Under the pieces are notes generated by a model. That model did not search any database. It was not told where the DNA came from and saw only the letters and a list, made by a program, of their open reading frames with translations. From NCBI GenBank assembly GCA_016712145.1, contig JADJRO010000001.1:1560868-1624867 (forward strand): a stretch of 64,000 nt of DNA. The letters are read 5' to 3'. The stretch's first letter is position 1. Each line of letters starts with the position of its first letter. The translations under genes were made by a program, and so were the position numbers. This document shows positions 49,373-58,632 of this stretch, one piece after another. The stretch is from Saprospiraceae bacterium (lineage in GTDB: Bacteria; Bacteroidota; Bacteroidia; Chitinophagales; Saprospiraceae).

Positions 49373-50326
49373 ATGAAAGCAAATAAAATCTCTATTATAA
49401 AACTGGGCATCAGCTTTATATTTTTTCTAACTTGTTTTAGCTGGGTCATGGCACAGGAATTAGAAACAAGCGTGGAAAAAGCTCCACGAAAATATGTAAA
49501 AAACACCTTTGAAAGTGTTTGGCTTATTGACAACCAAACCGTTATGGTCCCTTATAAAGGTACCTTCGAGTTTGACATCGCACACAGGTTTGGAAAAGTA
49601 AACAATGGATTTGAAGATTTGTACGGCCTCTTTGCACCATCAAATATTCGATTTGGTGTAAGTTATGCCCCAATTCAAAACTTAAATGTTGGTTGTGGGT
49701 TGACAAAAGAACGCATGATCTTAGATGGCAGTATAAAATATGCTATTTTGAAACAAACTCAGGATAGTTGGACATTTCCTGTCAGTATAACTTACTATGG
49801 AAATATGTCATACGATCTTAAAGAAGATCCTGATAAGAGCTTGTACAAATATGAAACAGACCGGCTCCGCTTTTTTAATCAATTGATTATTGCCAGAAAG
49901 ATTACTGACAAACTATCGATTCAAGTTGCACCAAGCGTTTCACACCAAAATTTTGTGAACGGCTATTATTTTCAAGTCAATGACTCTACAAAAGAGATTA
50001 GAAATGAAATGAATCACAATCATTTTGCGATCGCATTCTCAGGTAGATACAAATTAACTGAATCCATTTCAATAATGGCTAACTACGATCAGCCCATCAC
50101 GAAGCACACGATTAACAATCCGAATCCTAACCTTTCCTTTGGATTTGAATTCAATACCAGCGGCCACTCATTTCAAATTTTTGCAGGTAATTATGCTTTC
50201 TTAAATCCACAGCGCAACAATATTTTCAATAAAAACAATCCAATAGATTACAAAGATGCCAATAACAATACAGTAAAAGGCGGAACCTTTTTAATTGGAT
50301 TTAACATTACCAGATTGTGGAATTGA
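49373..50326 (+). CDS. Putative outer-membrane beta-barrel protein (DUF5777-like)
   Basis: Signal peptide (FIFFLTCFSWVMAQE), alternating amphipathic strands, and the C-terminal ...FLIGFNITRLWN. The family name is from memory only. Confidence 0.45.
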   Translation: MKANKISIIKLGISFIFFLTCFSWVMAQELETSVEKAPRKYVKNTFESVWLIDNQTVMVPYKGTFEFDIAHRFGKVNNGFEDLYGLFAPSNIRFGVSYAPIQNLNVGCGLTKERMILDGSIKYAILKQTQDSWTFPVSITYYGNMSYDLKEDPDKSLYKYETDRLRFFNQLIIARKITDKLSIQVAPSVSHQNFVNGYYFQVNDSTKEIRNEMNHNHFAIAFSGRYKLTESISIMANYDQPITKHTINNPNPNLSFGFEFNTSGHSFQIFAGNYAFLNPQRNNIFNKNNPIDYKDANNNTVKGGTFLIGFNITRLWN

Positions 50327-50373
50327 ATAGTATTAACTAATTATACCTAATTTTATTCAATTTCAGTATTATA

Positions 50374-50406
50374 AAACCCCGAATACTAAACGATTCGGGG
50401 TTTTTT
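50374..50406 (+). terminator. Rho-independent terminator
   Basis: aaaccccgaat-actaaacg-attcggggttt followed by a T-run. Confidence 0.8.
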
Positions 50407-50428
50407 AATTTATTAATACATTTGTACC

Positions 50429-50941
50429 ATGTACAATAGATTAAACCTATGCTTCACTGTATTACTAATTCTTTCATTGGAGGTATGCTTTCTATTTTCA
50501 TGCAAACAAAAAAGCGAACGATCCGGAATCGAAACAAATACAAATAAACAAGTTAAGCATAAACCCAAATCAAACTATTCAGATAGTTTAGAAATTACAG
50601 GTCCAACAGCTGTCTTTTATTACCCGGATTCCATTCAATTGAAAACGATTCAATCGATTACAGATCCACAAATACTGGATGGTACGTTGCATGAACTTCA
50701 ATTTCAAATAAAATATTCTAAAAAAGTAATTCGATCCAATTGGAGTGAGTTAAATATTGTGGATGCCCAAAATGTTAGATTTCTTGTATTTAAACATGAC
50801 ACCGGTATTCAAAATATAATTGATCTTGATGCCTATGATGATCCCTATGGTTTAATTGTATTTAATGGAAATAAACATCCCGTCTGGATTGATATAACTA
50901 ATTTAGAGCAAGGACTTCATTATTATTTAAAAGTCAAATAA
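50429..50941 (+). CDS. Hypothetical lipoprotein
   Basis: 170-aa ORF with the lipobox LFSCKQK. I recognise no family. Confidence 0.4.
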   Translation: MYNRLNLCFTVLLILSLEVCFLFSCKQKSERSGIETNTNKQVKHKPKSNYSDSLEITGPTAVFYYPDSIQLKTIQSITDPQILDGTLHELQFQIKYSKKVIRSNWSELNIVDAQNVRFLVFKHDTGIQNIIDLDAYDDPYGLIVFNGNKHPVWIDITNLEQGLHYYLKVK

Positions 50942-50983
50942 TGCAACGCACAGACCAACAAATCAGATTAAGAGCCTTAATAT

Positions 50984-53236
50984 ATGGCAACTAAATATAA
51001 GTTTGAAATAAGCCTGATAGCCAGCATGGTGTTGCTCGGCCTTTCGATTTATACTTATAATAATCTAAATTTTGATTTCAATCTGCGTAAATTATTCCCA
51101 TCCACAAGCTCAGATACTAAATTCTACGATGAATTTGTGGAAACATTTGACGCTCATGTTGATGAAAATGCCATGATCATTGTAATTCCTGCAAATGCCG
51201 GCATTTTTAACCAACATTTTTTATATAAACTGGATAGTCTGAGTAGTTTTCTAAGCTCTCAGGAATTTATTTCAAAAGTATATTCCATTACCAATTTAAA
51301 TTGTATCTACTTTACAAATAATGAATTTAATGCAAGATCATTGGTTCGGATTGACAAGCCGGAACTTTATGAACAAGATTCACTTTATATTTTCTCATCC
51401 CCAGAATATTATAAACACTTCTTTTCTAAGAATCACAAAGCGTGTGCACTGACGGTCTTGTTTAAAACACCGCTTATAAGTACCCAATTCAATGTATTTA
51501 ATAATAAGTTGATGCTTGAATTAAATAAATTGAATCTCTCTCAGGTTCATATTCTTTCAGCAAAACTCATCGAACAAGCTTATGTACAACAAATAAAAAA
51601 AGAAGCTATTCGATTTTCAATAATTTCCTTTTTGTTTATCACTATAGGTTGGGTTTTAATATTCAAATCAATAAAACAATTGTTCATTCCAATACTAGCC
51701 CTTTCTATTAGCCTGGTAATTGTATTATCTATCATGGCGTATTCAAACCAAACTATAAATTTACTAAGTAGTTTGTTGCCAATTATTCTTATAACAACTT
51801 GCCTTACCGGAATCATTCATCTGATTTCAATAAACACGGAGCTAGAGACATCGCGTAACCACAACAACCGTTTTTATAATAGCCTTTCAACCGGTGAAAA
51901 GGCTGTTTTAATTTCATCAATAACCAGTGCAATTGGCTTTCTTGCCTTAATTTTTTCGGATATTCAAGCTTTACAAACTTTTGGATTATTTACCGCGCTT
52001 GGAATAATGATTGTGTTTGTAACTAGCCTTTTATTTCTAAAAAGATTCCTTCCCGGATTCCAAAATGTTCGAACTGAACTATCACACAGAACATGGTATC
52101 CTTTTTATACTAGATTTTACAATTTCCTAGTGAAACACTCTGTAAAAATAATAGTCTCTAGTTTTTCTATATTGATCGTTTCAATTTTTTTTATCACTAA
52201 AATTAAGATCAATGGAAGTCATTTAAACGAATTTCCAACAAAGCACCCAATAACGAGCGCTTTGTTGTTTTTTGAAAAAGAATTTGGCGGAAGTTACCCC
52301 ATTGAGATTGTGTTAACCAATACGAAAAAGAATGAAAGCTTTTATGAGTTGTCGCAATTGCAAAAAGTGGATACATTCATACAATTTCTGGAAGATTCCT
52401 GTAATTTACAATTAATCCGATCTCCTGTTTCACTTATTAAAGCAACCAACAAAGCATATAATGGAGGCAATCCAACGGAATATGAATTTCCAAAAGAACA
52501 GTCTCAATTAAATGGGTATCTGCAAAATATAATGCAGACAGAATATGCTGAAGATCTCAGACGCTACCTAACAGAAGATGGTCAACAGTTAAGAATTAGT
52601 GGCACTCGAGCTGATTTACAATTAATAGAAAAGCAAACGTTCGATAAAAAAATCACAGGTTTTTCCAACCAAATGCCGTTCAAAGTCCAGCAAACCGGAG
52701 CTGCATATACAATGGAACTGATTCCCTATTCGCTGATTGAAACAATGTTACCAAGCCTTGTGATTGCACTTTTCATTTTATCAATCCTGATGTGGACCTA
52801 TTTTAACATGGCATGGTTAATTCCCATTGCTCTATTTATCATTCTTTTCCCTATGATTCTATTAGCCGGCTTTATGGGATTAACGGGGATTTATCTAAAA
52901 GCAGATACTGCCATCCTTTTTTCTTTTGCCTTTGTTCTTTCTGTGGACTATACCATTCATTTTTTAAATAGGTTTAAAACTGAGAATTCAAAATCCAAAC
53001 ATTTGGATGATGCCTTACGAGCTACTGGTGTATTAATAGCTAAACCATTAACTATCAAGTCATTAATACTGCTGAGCGGATTTTTAAGTTTATTGATTTC
53101 TGATTTTAAAGGGATTTATACAATGGGCATAATGATTTCAATGAGCATCGTTTTTGTTTGGATATGCCATTTGACTCTCCTGCCTTTTATAATTCGTAAA
53201 TATTTTAACAAGTTTATTGATAACCAATACCACTGA
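50984..53236 (+). CDS. RND-superfamily / MMPL-type (COG1033, sterol-sensing-domain-like) exporter
   Basis: 750 aa with two blocks of ~5-6 TM helices, each preceded by a large soluble loop. Typical segments are LLSSLLPIILITTCLTGIIHL and AILFSFAFVLSVDYTIHFLNRF. Confidence 0.65.
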   Translation: MATKYKFEISLIASMVLLGLSIYTYNNLNFDFNLRKLFPSTSSDTKFYDEFVETFDAHVDENAMIIVIPANAGIFNQHFLYKLDSLSSFLSSQEFISKVYSITNLNCIYFTNNEFNARSLVRIDKPELYEQDSLYIFSSPEYYKHFFSKNHKACALTVLFKTPLISTQFNVFNNKLMLELNKLNLSQVHILSAKLIEQAYVQQIKKEAIRFSIISFLFITIGWVLIFKSIKQLFIPILALSISLVIVLSIMAYSNQTINLLSSLLPIILITTCLTGIIHLISINTELETSRNHNNRFYNSLSTGEKAVLISSITSAIGFLALIFSDIQALQTFGLFTALGIMIVFVTSLLFLKRFLPGFQNVRTELSHRTWYPFYTRFYNFLVKHSVKIIVSSFSILIVSIFFITKIKINGSHLNEFPTKHPITSALLFFEKEFGGSYPIEIVLTNTKKNESFYELSQLQKVDTFIQFLEDSCNLQLIRSPVSLIKATNKAYNGGNPTEYEFPKEQSQLNGYLQNIMQTEYAEDLRRYLTEDGQQLRISGTRADLQLIEKQTFDKKITGFSNQMPFKVQQTGAAYTMELIPYSLIETMLPSLVIALFILSILMWTYFNMAWLIPIALFIILFPMILLAGFMGLTGIYLKADTAILFSFAFVLSVDYTIHFLNRFKTENSKSKHLDDALRATGVLIAKPLTIKSLILLSGFLSLLISDFKGIYTMGIMISMSIVFVWICHLTLLPFIIRKYFNKFIDNQYH

Positions 53237-53336
53237 TAACTATCATAGTAATACATGCTTGGTATCAATAGTCAGTATAACGGAGTATGCTACCTTGCAC
53301 TTATAATGAATTTCGATTCAATTTTCAAAAAATTAA

Positions 53337-53759
53337 ATGTTATCTAAAATGAAAAATTTATTAAAAAAGGCCCTTTATCTCTCGATTCTAACCGGGGTTT
53401 TTATCGTTTATTCTCAAAATTTAATGGCTCAAAATGCCTGGAATGCGCCAGCAAAAGCCATTGGTGTAGCTAATCCTATAAAAAGCAGTCCTGCTTCTAT
53501 AGCAGCTGGTAAATCATTATGGACCAGACATTGCCAGTCTTGTCATGGCAAAACCGGAATGGGGGATGGATCCAAAGCTGCCCAACTTAAAACAGAACCA
53601 GGGGATTTTACAATTGCAAAGTTTCAGGGACAAACTGATGGCTCCATTTTTTATAAAACTTTGGAAGGCAGAGAAGACATGCCAAGTTTCAAAAAGAAAA
53701 TTCCGGATACCGATGATATTTGGAATTTAGTAAATTTCATCAGAACCTTAAAAAAGTAA
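53337..53759 (+). CDS. Monoheme class-I c-type cytochrome
   Basis: Signal peptide, a single CQSCHG heme-binding motif, and a distal Met region (GREDMPSF); 140 aa. Confidence 0.8.
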   Translation: MLSKMKNLLKKALYLSILTGVFIVYSQNLMAQNAWNAPAKAIGVANPIKSSPASIAAGKSLWTRHCQSCHGKTGMGDGSKAAQLKTEPGDFTIAKFQGQTDGSIFYKTLEGREDMPSFKKKIPDTDDIWNLVNFIRTLKK

Positions 53760-53773
53760 GTCTTTTCATATTT

Positions 53774-53797
53774 GCTGCCGGTCATCGTACCGGCAGC
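53774..53797 (+). terminator. GC-rich 9-bp hairpin after the cytochrome c gene (terminator/attenuator candidate, weak T-tract)
   Basis: gctgccggt-catcgt-accggcagc lies 15 nt after the stop and is followed by tcctattattt. Confidence 0.4.
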
Positions 53798-53875
53798 TCC
53801 TATTATTTATAAATACATCATTCTTTAATCCTCGGTATTTTGGATTGAACAGATTTTCTATTAATTTTTTGCAAT

Positions 53876-54106
53876 ATGAATTTATTTAAAACTAACATAT
53901 CAAGAAAAAACTTCGTTGTGTGGATGGGCGGCTTTGCAATTCTTCTTACCGCAATTCGATTTAAACTTTTTACTTCAAAACCAAAAAGCAGTATGAAATT
54001 TCTAACTGAAGATGGTAAATTAGTTGAGGTAGATACAAAACATTTAAATAAGAAGGGAACTAAAATTTACACTTCAGATATCTTTTCCTGGATTAAAAAT
54101 AAATAA
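53876..54106 (+). CDS. Small membrane-anchored protein resembling the leader region of the downstream NrfC-like protein
   Basis: 76 aa. SRKNFVVWMGGFAILL parallels TRRAFLGGGLISALML. MKFLTEDGKLVEVDTKHLNK parallels VKLLSVDGEIIEVDRAFLKP of ORF 54118..55059. It ends 11 nt before that ORF. Confidence 0.5.
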   Translation: MNLFKTNISRKNFVVWMGGFAILLTAIRFKLFTSKPKSSMKFLTEDGKLVEVDTKHLNKKGTKIYTSDIFSWIKNK

Positions 54107-54117
54107 TTAAAATCATC

Positions 54118-55059
54118 GTGAGCATGGACAATAATAAATCACAAACACGAAGAGCTTTTCTTGGAGGAGGCCTGATCTCTGCCTTGATGTTGAATGCGTG
54201 TGATCAAAAACAACATCCATTTATTACGGATGAATCCGGGTTGCCATCCGGAGACATGGTAAAATTATTATCGGTAGATGGAGAGATCATTGAGGTGGAT
54301 CGCGCATTTTTAAAACCAGTTCCAGATTTACCACCAATATCAAATGAAGAAGCAAGAATTGGAATTGAGGGTAAAAAATTTGTAATGGTGATTGATTTGT
54401 CGCGTTGCAAAAATCTTAAAAAATGTCAACAAGCTTGTAATCATGTGCATCATGTTCACCCCGGTCAAAATTGGATTAAAGTATATTCAATGCAGGAAGC
54501 TGAACATACAGCGCCATATTGGCAGCCAACCACTTGCATGCATTGTGACGAACCTCCATGTGTAAAAGTGTGTCCAGTAGATGCAACGTTTAAAAGAAAA
54601 GATGGCATTGTACTAATTGATAGTGATCGTTGTGTGGGCTGTCGTTTTTGTATGGCAGCGTGTCCATATTCAACCAGAGTTTTTAACTGGGAGGAACCAG
54701 ATATCCCATTAGAAATTGCCCAAAAAGCTTATGACTGTGAAAGCAGTACGCCTCAAAAGAAAGGAACAGTTGGCAAATGTGATTTTTGTCCGGATGCTGT
54801 AAGAAAAGGAGAACTACCGCACTGTGTGTCTTCTTGCCCGAATGGCGTTTTCTTTTTTGGGGACCTTATTGAAGATTCTGTAACTAATGGCGCTGAAACG
54901 TTTCGCTTCTCTGAATTAATCAAAGACAAAGCCGGATACCGTTTGATGGAAGATTTAGGTACTAAACCAAGTGTTTATTATTTACCTCCGGTAAGTAGAA
55001 ATTTTCCCTATGAAAGCGGATTAGAAAATCAAGCCCCTGCAAATTCACATTCACATTAA
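54118..55059 (+). CDS. Tat-exported 4Fe-4S ferredoxin-type subunit (NrfC/PsrB/DsrO/ActB-FeS family)
   Basis: Tat signal QTRRAFLGGG. Cys clusters CKNLKKCQQAC, CMHCDEPPCVKVCP, CVGCRFCMAACP and CDFC....LPHCVSSCP. Confidence 0.8.
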   Translation: MSMDNNKSQTRRAFLGGGLISALMLNACDQKQHPFITDESGLPSGDMVKLLSVDGEIIEVDRAFLKPVPDLPPISNEEARIGIEGKKFVMVIDLSRCKNLKKCQQACNHVHHVHPGQNWIKVYSMQEAEHTAPYWQPTTCMHCDEPPCVKVCPVDATFKRKDGIVLIDSDRCVGCRFCMAACPYSTRVFNWEEPDIPLEIAQKAYDCESSTPQKKGTVGKCDFCPDAVRKGELPHCVSSCPNGVFFFGDLIEDSVTNGAETFRFSELIKDKAGYRLMEDLGTKPSVYYLPPVSRNFPYESGLENQAPANSHSH

Positions 55060-55068
55060 ATCCAAGCT

Positions 55069-56391
55069 ATGAATGCCGTTACAATTTCCAAGACAGAACA
55101 AATAATAAAAGATACTCAACCAAGAGCATTTGGAAAAGTGGGAAAAGTGTGGCTTGGTTTTCTAATAGCAATTTGCATCGTCGGATGTTATGCCTATTAT
55201 TGTCAACTTCGCGATGGTTTGGTGGTCACAGCGATGGGGGATTATGTTTCATGGGGTATTTACATTTCCAACTTTGTGTTTTTTGTGGCTATTAGTTTGG
55301 TTGGATCATTAATAACAGCAATATTCCGACTGGCAAACATTCATTGGAGTACGCCCATTACACGAATCGCAGAGATTATTGCAGTAAGTGCTATATTTTT
55401 TGCATCGTTGATTATCATCGTCGATATGGGGCGTCCCGAACGTTTATACAATTTGTTTTTACACCCCAGGCTACAGTCTCCTATCATTTGGGATGTGGTT
55501 GTAATCGGTACCTATTTTATAATCAGTTTGTTACTCTTATATCTCCCATTGCTTCCGGATATAAAAATACTTTTAAAACAAAGTAAAGATATGCCGAAAT
55601 GGATGCGTACATTTTACACTTGGCTTGGATCTTTTTGGACTGGTAGCAAAGTTCAAAAACAACTAAACAATCACAGTATTAAAATATTAAGCATCATGAT
55701 CATTCCGGTGGCCTTCTGCATTCACACCGTTACGTCCTGGTTGTTTGCAACCACCTACAGACCCGGATGGGACAGTACAAATTTTGGTGCCTATTTTGTT
55801 TCAGGAGCATTTCTTGTAGGTGCTGGTGCTGTTGTCATTGCGATGTATGTCTTCCGTCAAATGTATCAATTGAGTGATTATATAACCGAAAAGCATTTTG
55901 ACAGAATGGGAAAAGCGGTGGTTTTATTGGCATTTCTTTATTTATACTTCAATGTCAATGAATACTTAGTCCCTGCATTTAAAATGAAAAAACCGGAAGA
56001 AATTCATCTTACTGAATTATTTTCCGGACATTTTGCACCTATGTTTTGGTTTGCAATCATCGTTGGGATGTTGCTTCCAATAGCAATTCTAATTACAAAA
56101 GCTGGCAGAAAACCCATGTTAGTATTTATTGCAGGCATCATGGTGGTTGTGGGAGCATGGTTTAAGCGCTATCTCATTGTGACCCCTACTTTGTTACACC
56201 CCTTTCTTCCCATGCAAGACGTACCTGAAAAATTCAGAGTCTATTTTCCAAGTTGGCATGAATGGGCTATAGCTTTTGGATCGCTTGCTGGTGCTTTATT
56301 GATCATTACTTTATTCGCTAGAGTATTTCCTGTAATTCCTATTTATGAAACAATAATTGGTGAAGATGAAAACGAAGAGCATCTTATTTAA
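55069..56391 (+). CDS. NrfD/PsrC-family integral membrane quinone-interacting subunit (long ~10-TM type, DsrP/ActC-like)
   Basis: 440 aa and highly hydrophobic with about 10 predicted helices. It lies immediately downstream (9 nt) of the NrfC-like gene. The N-terminal region (WGIYISNFVFFVAISLVGS) is typical of NrfD proteins. Confidence 0.7.
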   Translation: MNAVTISKTEQIIKDTQPRAFGKVGKVWLGFLIAICIVGCYAYYCQLRDGLVVTAMGDYVSWGIYISNFVFFVAISLVGSLITAIFRLANIHWSTPITRIAEIIAVSAIFFASLIIIVDMGRPERLYNLFLHPRLQSPIIWDVVVIGTYFIISLLLLYLPLLPDIKILLKQSKDMPKWMRTFYTWLGSFWTGSKVQKQLNNHSIKILSIMIIPVAFCIHTVTSWLFATTYRPGWDSTNFGAYFVSGAFLVGAGAVVIAMYVFRQMYQLSDYITEKHFDRMGKAVVLLAFLYLYFNVNEYLVPAFKMKKPEEIHLTELFSGHFAPMFWFAIIVGMLLPIAILITKAGRKPMLVFIAGIMVVVGAWFKRYLIVTPTLLHPFLPMQDVPEKFRVYFPSWHEWAIAFGSLAGALLIITLFARVFPVIPIYETIIGEDENEEHLI

Positions 56392-57277
56392 TTTAGCACT
56401 CATCTTGGTTTTTATTACAAGTCAGCTAAACATTATACTTAGTCAGTCTGATACGCTTGTCCCTGTAGTAAAAAAGAAAGCCATCCTTAAACTAAGTTAT
56501 TTTAATTTAGAAAATAAAATTCAGTTTCTTAATTTTCAAGGATTAATAAAATCGAAAGAGCGTCTAGATCCGATTTCATACCGTCCAATTCATATTTATA
56601 TAAATGATGCAGAAGATGAAAAAAATAAAATTGGTGATTTTGTAACCAATGACCAGGGTAGAATTCAAACAGTTATCAGTCCAGTATTTGCTGATCTATG
56701 GAAATCAACCAATCCAAATCTATTTATTGCAAGACTTGATTCTGTAGATGAAATGGGAATACTGGAAACAGAAGTTGAAATTACAAAGGCAAAAATTAAA
56801 TTGGATACGATTCAGGAGGATGGAATAAAAAAGCTACTGGTCCAAGTCTTAAGCCTGGAAGATACCAGTTGGATTCCTGCAGTGGATGTTGAAATAAAAA
56901 TTGGAGTACAACGGTTAGCATCTGTTTTACCCATAAATAAAGAAGCAACAATAACAACAGATTCTACCGGTAGGGGGGTTGCTGATTTTGAATTGGATTC
57001 AATACCTGGAGATCAAACTGGAATGATTCACTTAGTTGCAAAAATTGAAGATCATGAACTCTTTGGAAATCTTGAAACCTCACTTCAAGTACCTTGGGGT
57101 ATACCAAGCCATTTTATTAATACCCATTTTGAAGCGAGAAGTCTGTGGGCGAGGGGGGATAAAGTTCCTGTTTGGTTGGCAGTGTTGGCATACTCCATCA
57201 TTTTTTCAGTTTGGGGTACATTAATTTATTTAATCCTCCAATTTTTTAAAATTAGACGATTGGGTTTACAGAAATAA
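56366..57277 (+). CDS. Hypothetical bitopic protein (signal peptide + C-terminal TM), possibly with prealbumin/CarboxypepD_reg-like beta domains
   Basis: Starts MKTKSILFNLALILVFITSQ at 56366 and overlaps the nrfD-like 3' end. It has two segments resembling IHIYINDAE...FVTNDQGRIQ and VEIKIGVQ...TTDSTGRGVADF, and a C-terminal TM VWLAVLAYSIIFSVWGTLIYLILQFF. Confidence 0.45.
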   Translation: MKTKSILFNLALILVFITSQLNIILSQSDTLVPVVKKKAILKLSYFNLENKIQFLNFQGLIKSKERLDPISYRPIHIYINDAEDEKNKIGDFVTNDQGRIQTVISPVFADLWKSTNPNLFIARLDSVDEMGILETEVEITKAKIKLDTIQEDGIKKLLVQVLSLEDTSWIPAVDVEIKIGVQRLASVLPINKEATITTDSTGRGVADFELDSIPGDQTGMIHLVAKIEDHELFGNLETSLQVPWGIPSHFINTHFEARSLWARGDKVPVWLAVLAYSIIFSVWGTLIYLILQFFKIRRLGLQK

Positions 57278-57627
57278 ATTAAACCAAAAATTTTTTAAAC
57301 AATTCAATTGGCACCTATTTATTAACTGGAAATCAACCGGGCTGTCATTCATAGAAACGAAGCTTTTTAATATCCAAATCAGCCCATAGTCAAGCCATAG
57401 ATGGAGTTTTTAGTATTTCCTCGATACAGCGGTTGGAGTTACAAATTTTGATTTATATTATTATTATTATTAATGTATATAATATTAATTAATAACAATT
57501 TATATTACTTATTAGAAAAAGTAGTCCGATAATAATATTCTCAGCCGACTTTCCTTTAACTTGGCTTTTAAAACGAAACGGATTGATTACGGCTGAAATG
57601 CCATAAAATTTTGATTTTATGATATTT

Positions 57628-58584
57628 ATGGATTTTGAAAAGCCTCTGGAAATACTATTTGGAGATCTGGAAAAGCTACGGAAAATTGCAAAAGATAGCG
57701 ACATTGATATGTCCGAAAAAATAAAAGAACTCGAATTAAAAATTTCGGATAAACGCAAAGAAATCTACAGTAATTTAACTGGTTGGCAGCGGGTAAGTTT
57801 ATCAAGACATCCAAATCGACCTTATACCTTAGACTATATTAAAAACATGTGTTCAAAGTTTATTGAACTTCATGGGGATCGTACCGTAAAGGATGACAAA
57901 GCCATCGTTGGCGGACTTGGTAAAATTGATGGTCAAACTGTAATGATCATTGGTCATCAAAAAGGCAATACCACTAAAATGCGCCAATTAAGAAATTTCG
58001 GAATGGCAAATCCGGAGGGATATCGCAAAGCATTGCGTCTAATGAAAATGGCGCAAAAATTTAAAATCCCAGTGGTCACTTTAATTGATACTCCAGGTGC
58101 TTACCCCGGAATAGAAGCAGAAGAAAGAGGACAAGCGGAAGCCATTGCACGGAATTTATTTGAAATGGCCCAATTGGAAGTTCCGATTGTTTGTTATATC
58201 ATTGGGGAAGGCGCTTCCGGAGGAGCATTAGGTATTGGAGTTGGTGATCGCGTATTTATGCTTGAAAATACATGGTACACAGTAATTTCACCAGAATCTT
58301 GTTCGTCTATTTTATGGCGAAGTTGGAATTTCAAAGAACAAGCTGCTGAAGCATTAAAGTTGACAGCCGATCACATGAAAGATTTTGGATTAATCGATGG
58401 GATTATATACGAACCCATTGGAGGAGCTCATTCAGATCCTGAAACCATGGCGACTATTTTAAAGAATCATTTGCTGAATCAAATTAATGAACTACAACAA
58501 TTACCTGTTGAAACTTTATTAAGCCGACGAATCGATAAATACAGTGCGATGGGTAAATTTATTGAAGAACCCATTAAAACGTAA
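57628..58584 (+). CDS. accA: Acetyl-CoA carboxylase carboxyltransferase subunit alpha
   Basis: [10 protein letters not shown]...[14 protein letters not shown]...FIELHGDR...[37 protein letters not shown]...[10 protein letters not shown]. Confidence 0.9.
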   Translation: MDFEKPLEILFGDLEKLRKIAKDSDIDMSEKIKELELKISDKRKEIYSNLTGWQRVSLSRHPNRPYTLDYIKNMCSKFIELHGDRTVKDDKAIVGGLGKIDGQTVMIIGHQKGNTTKMRQLRNFGMANPEGYRKALRLMKMAQKFKIPVVTLIDTPGAYPGIEAEERGQAEAIARNLFEMAQLEVPIVCYIIGEGASGGALGIGVGDRVFMLENTWYTVISPESCSSILWRSWNFKEQAAEALKLTADHMKDFGLIDGIIYEPIGGAHSDPETMATILKNHLLNQINELQQLPVETLLSRRIDKYSAMGKFIEEPIKT

Positions 58585-58632
58585 TCAAATTTAATTTTTC
58601 TATCTTCGATCTGTTCAGAAACTAAATTTGCA

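Noticed and set aside
57458-57472. (TTA)x5 microsatellite in the spacer before accA.
   Set aside because: It is a short low-complexity run in a very AT-rich intergenic region, with nothing to suggest a function.
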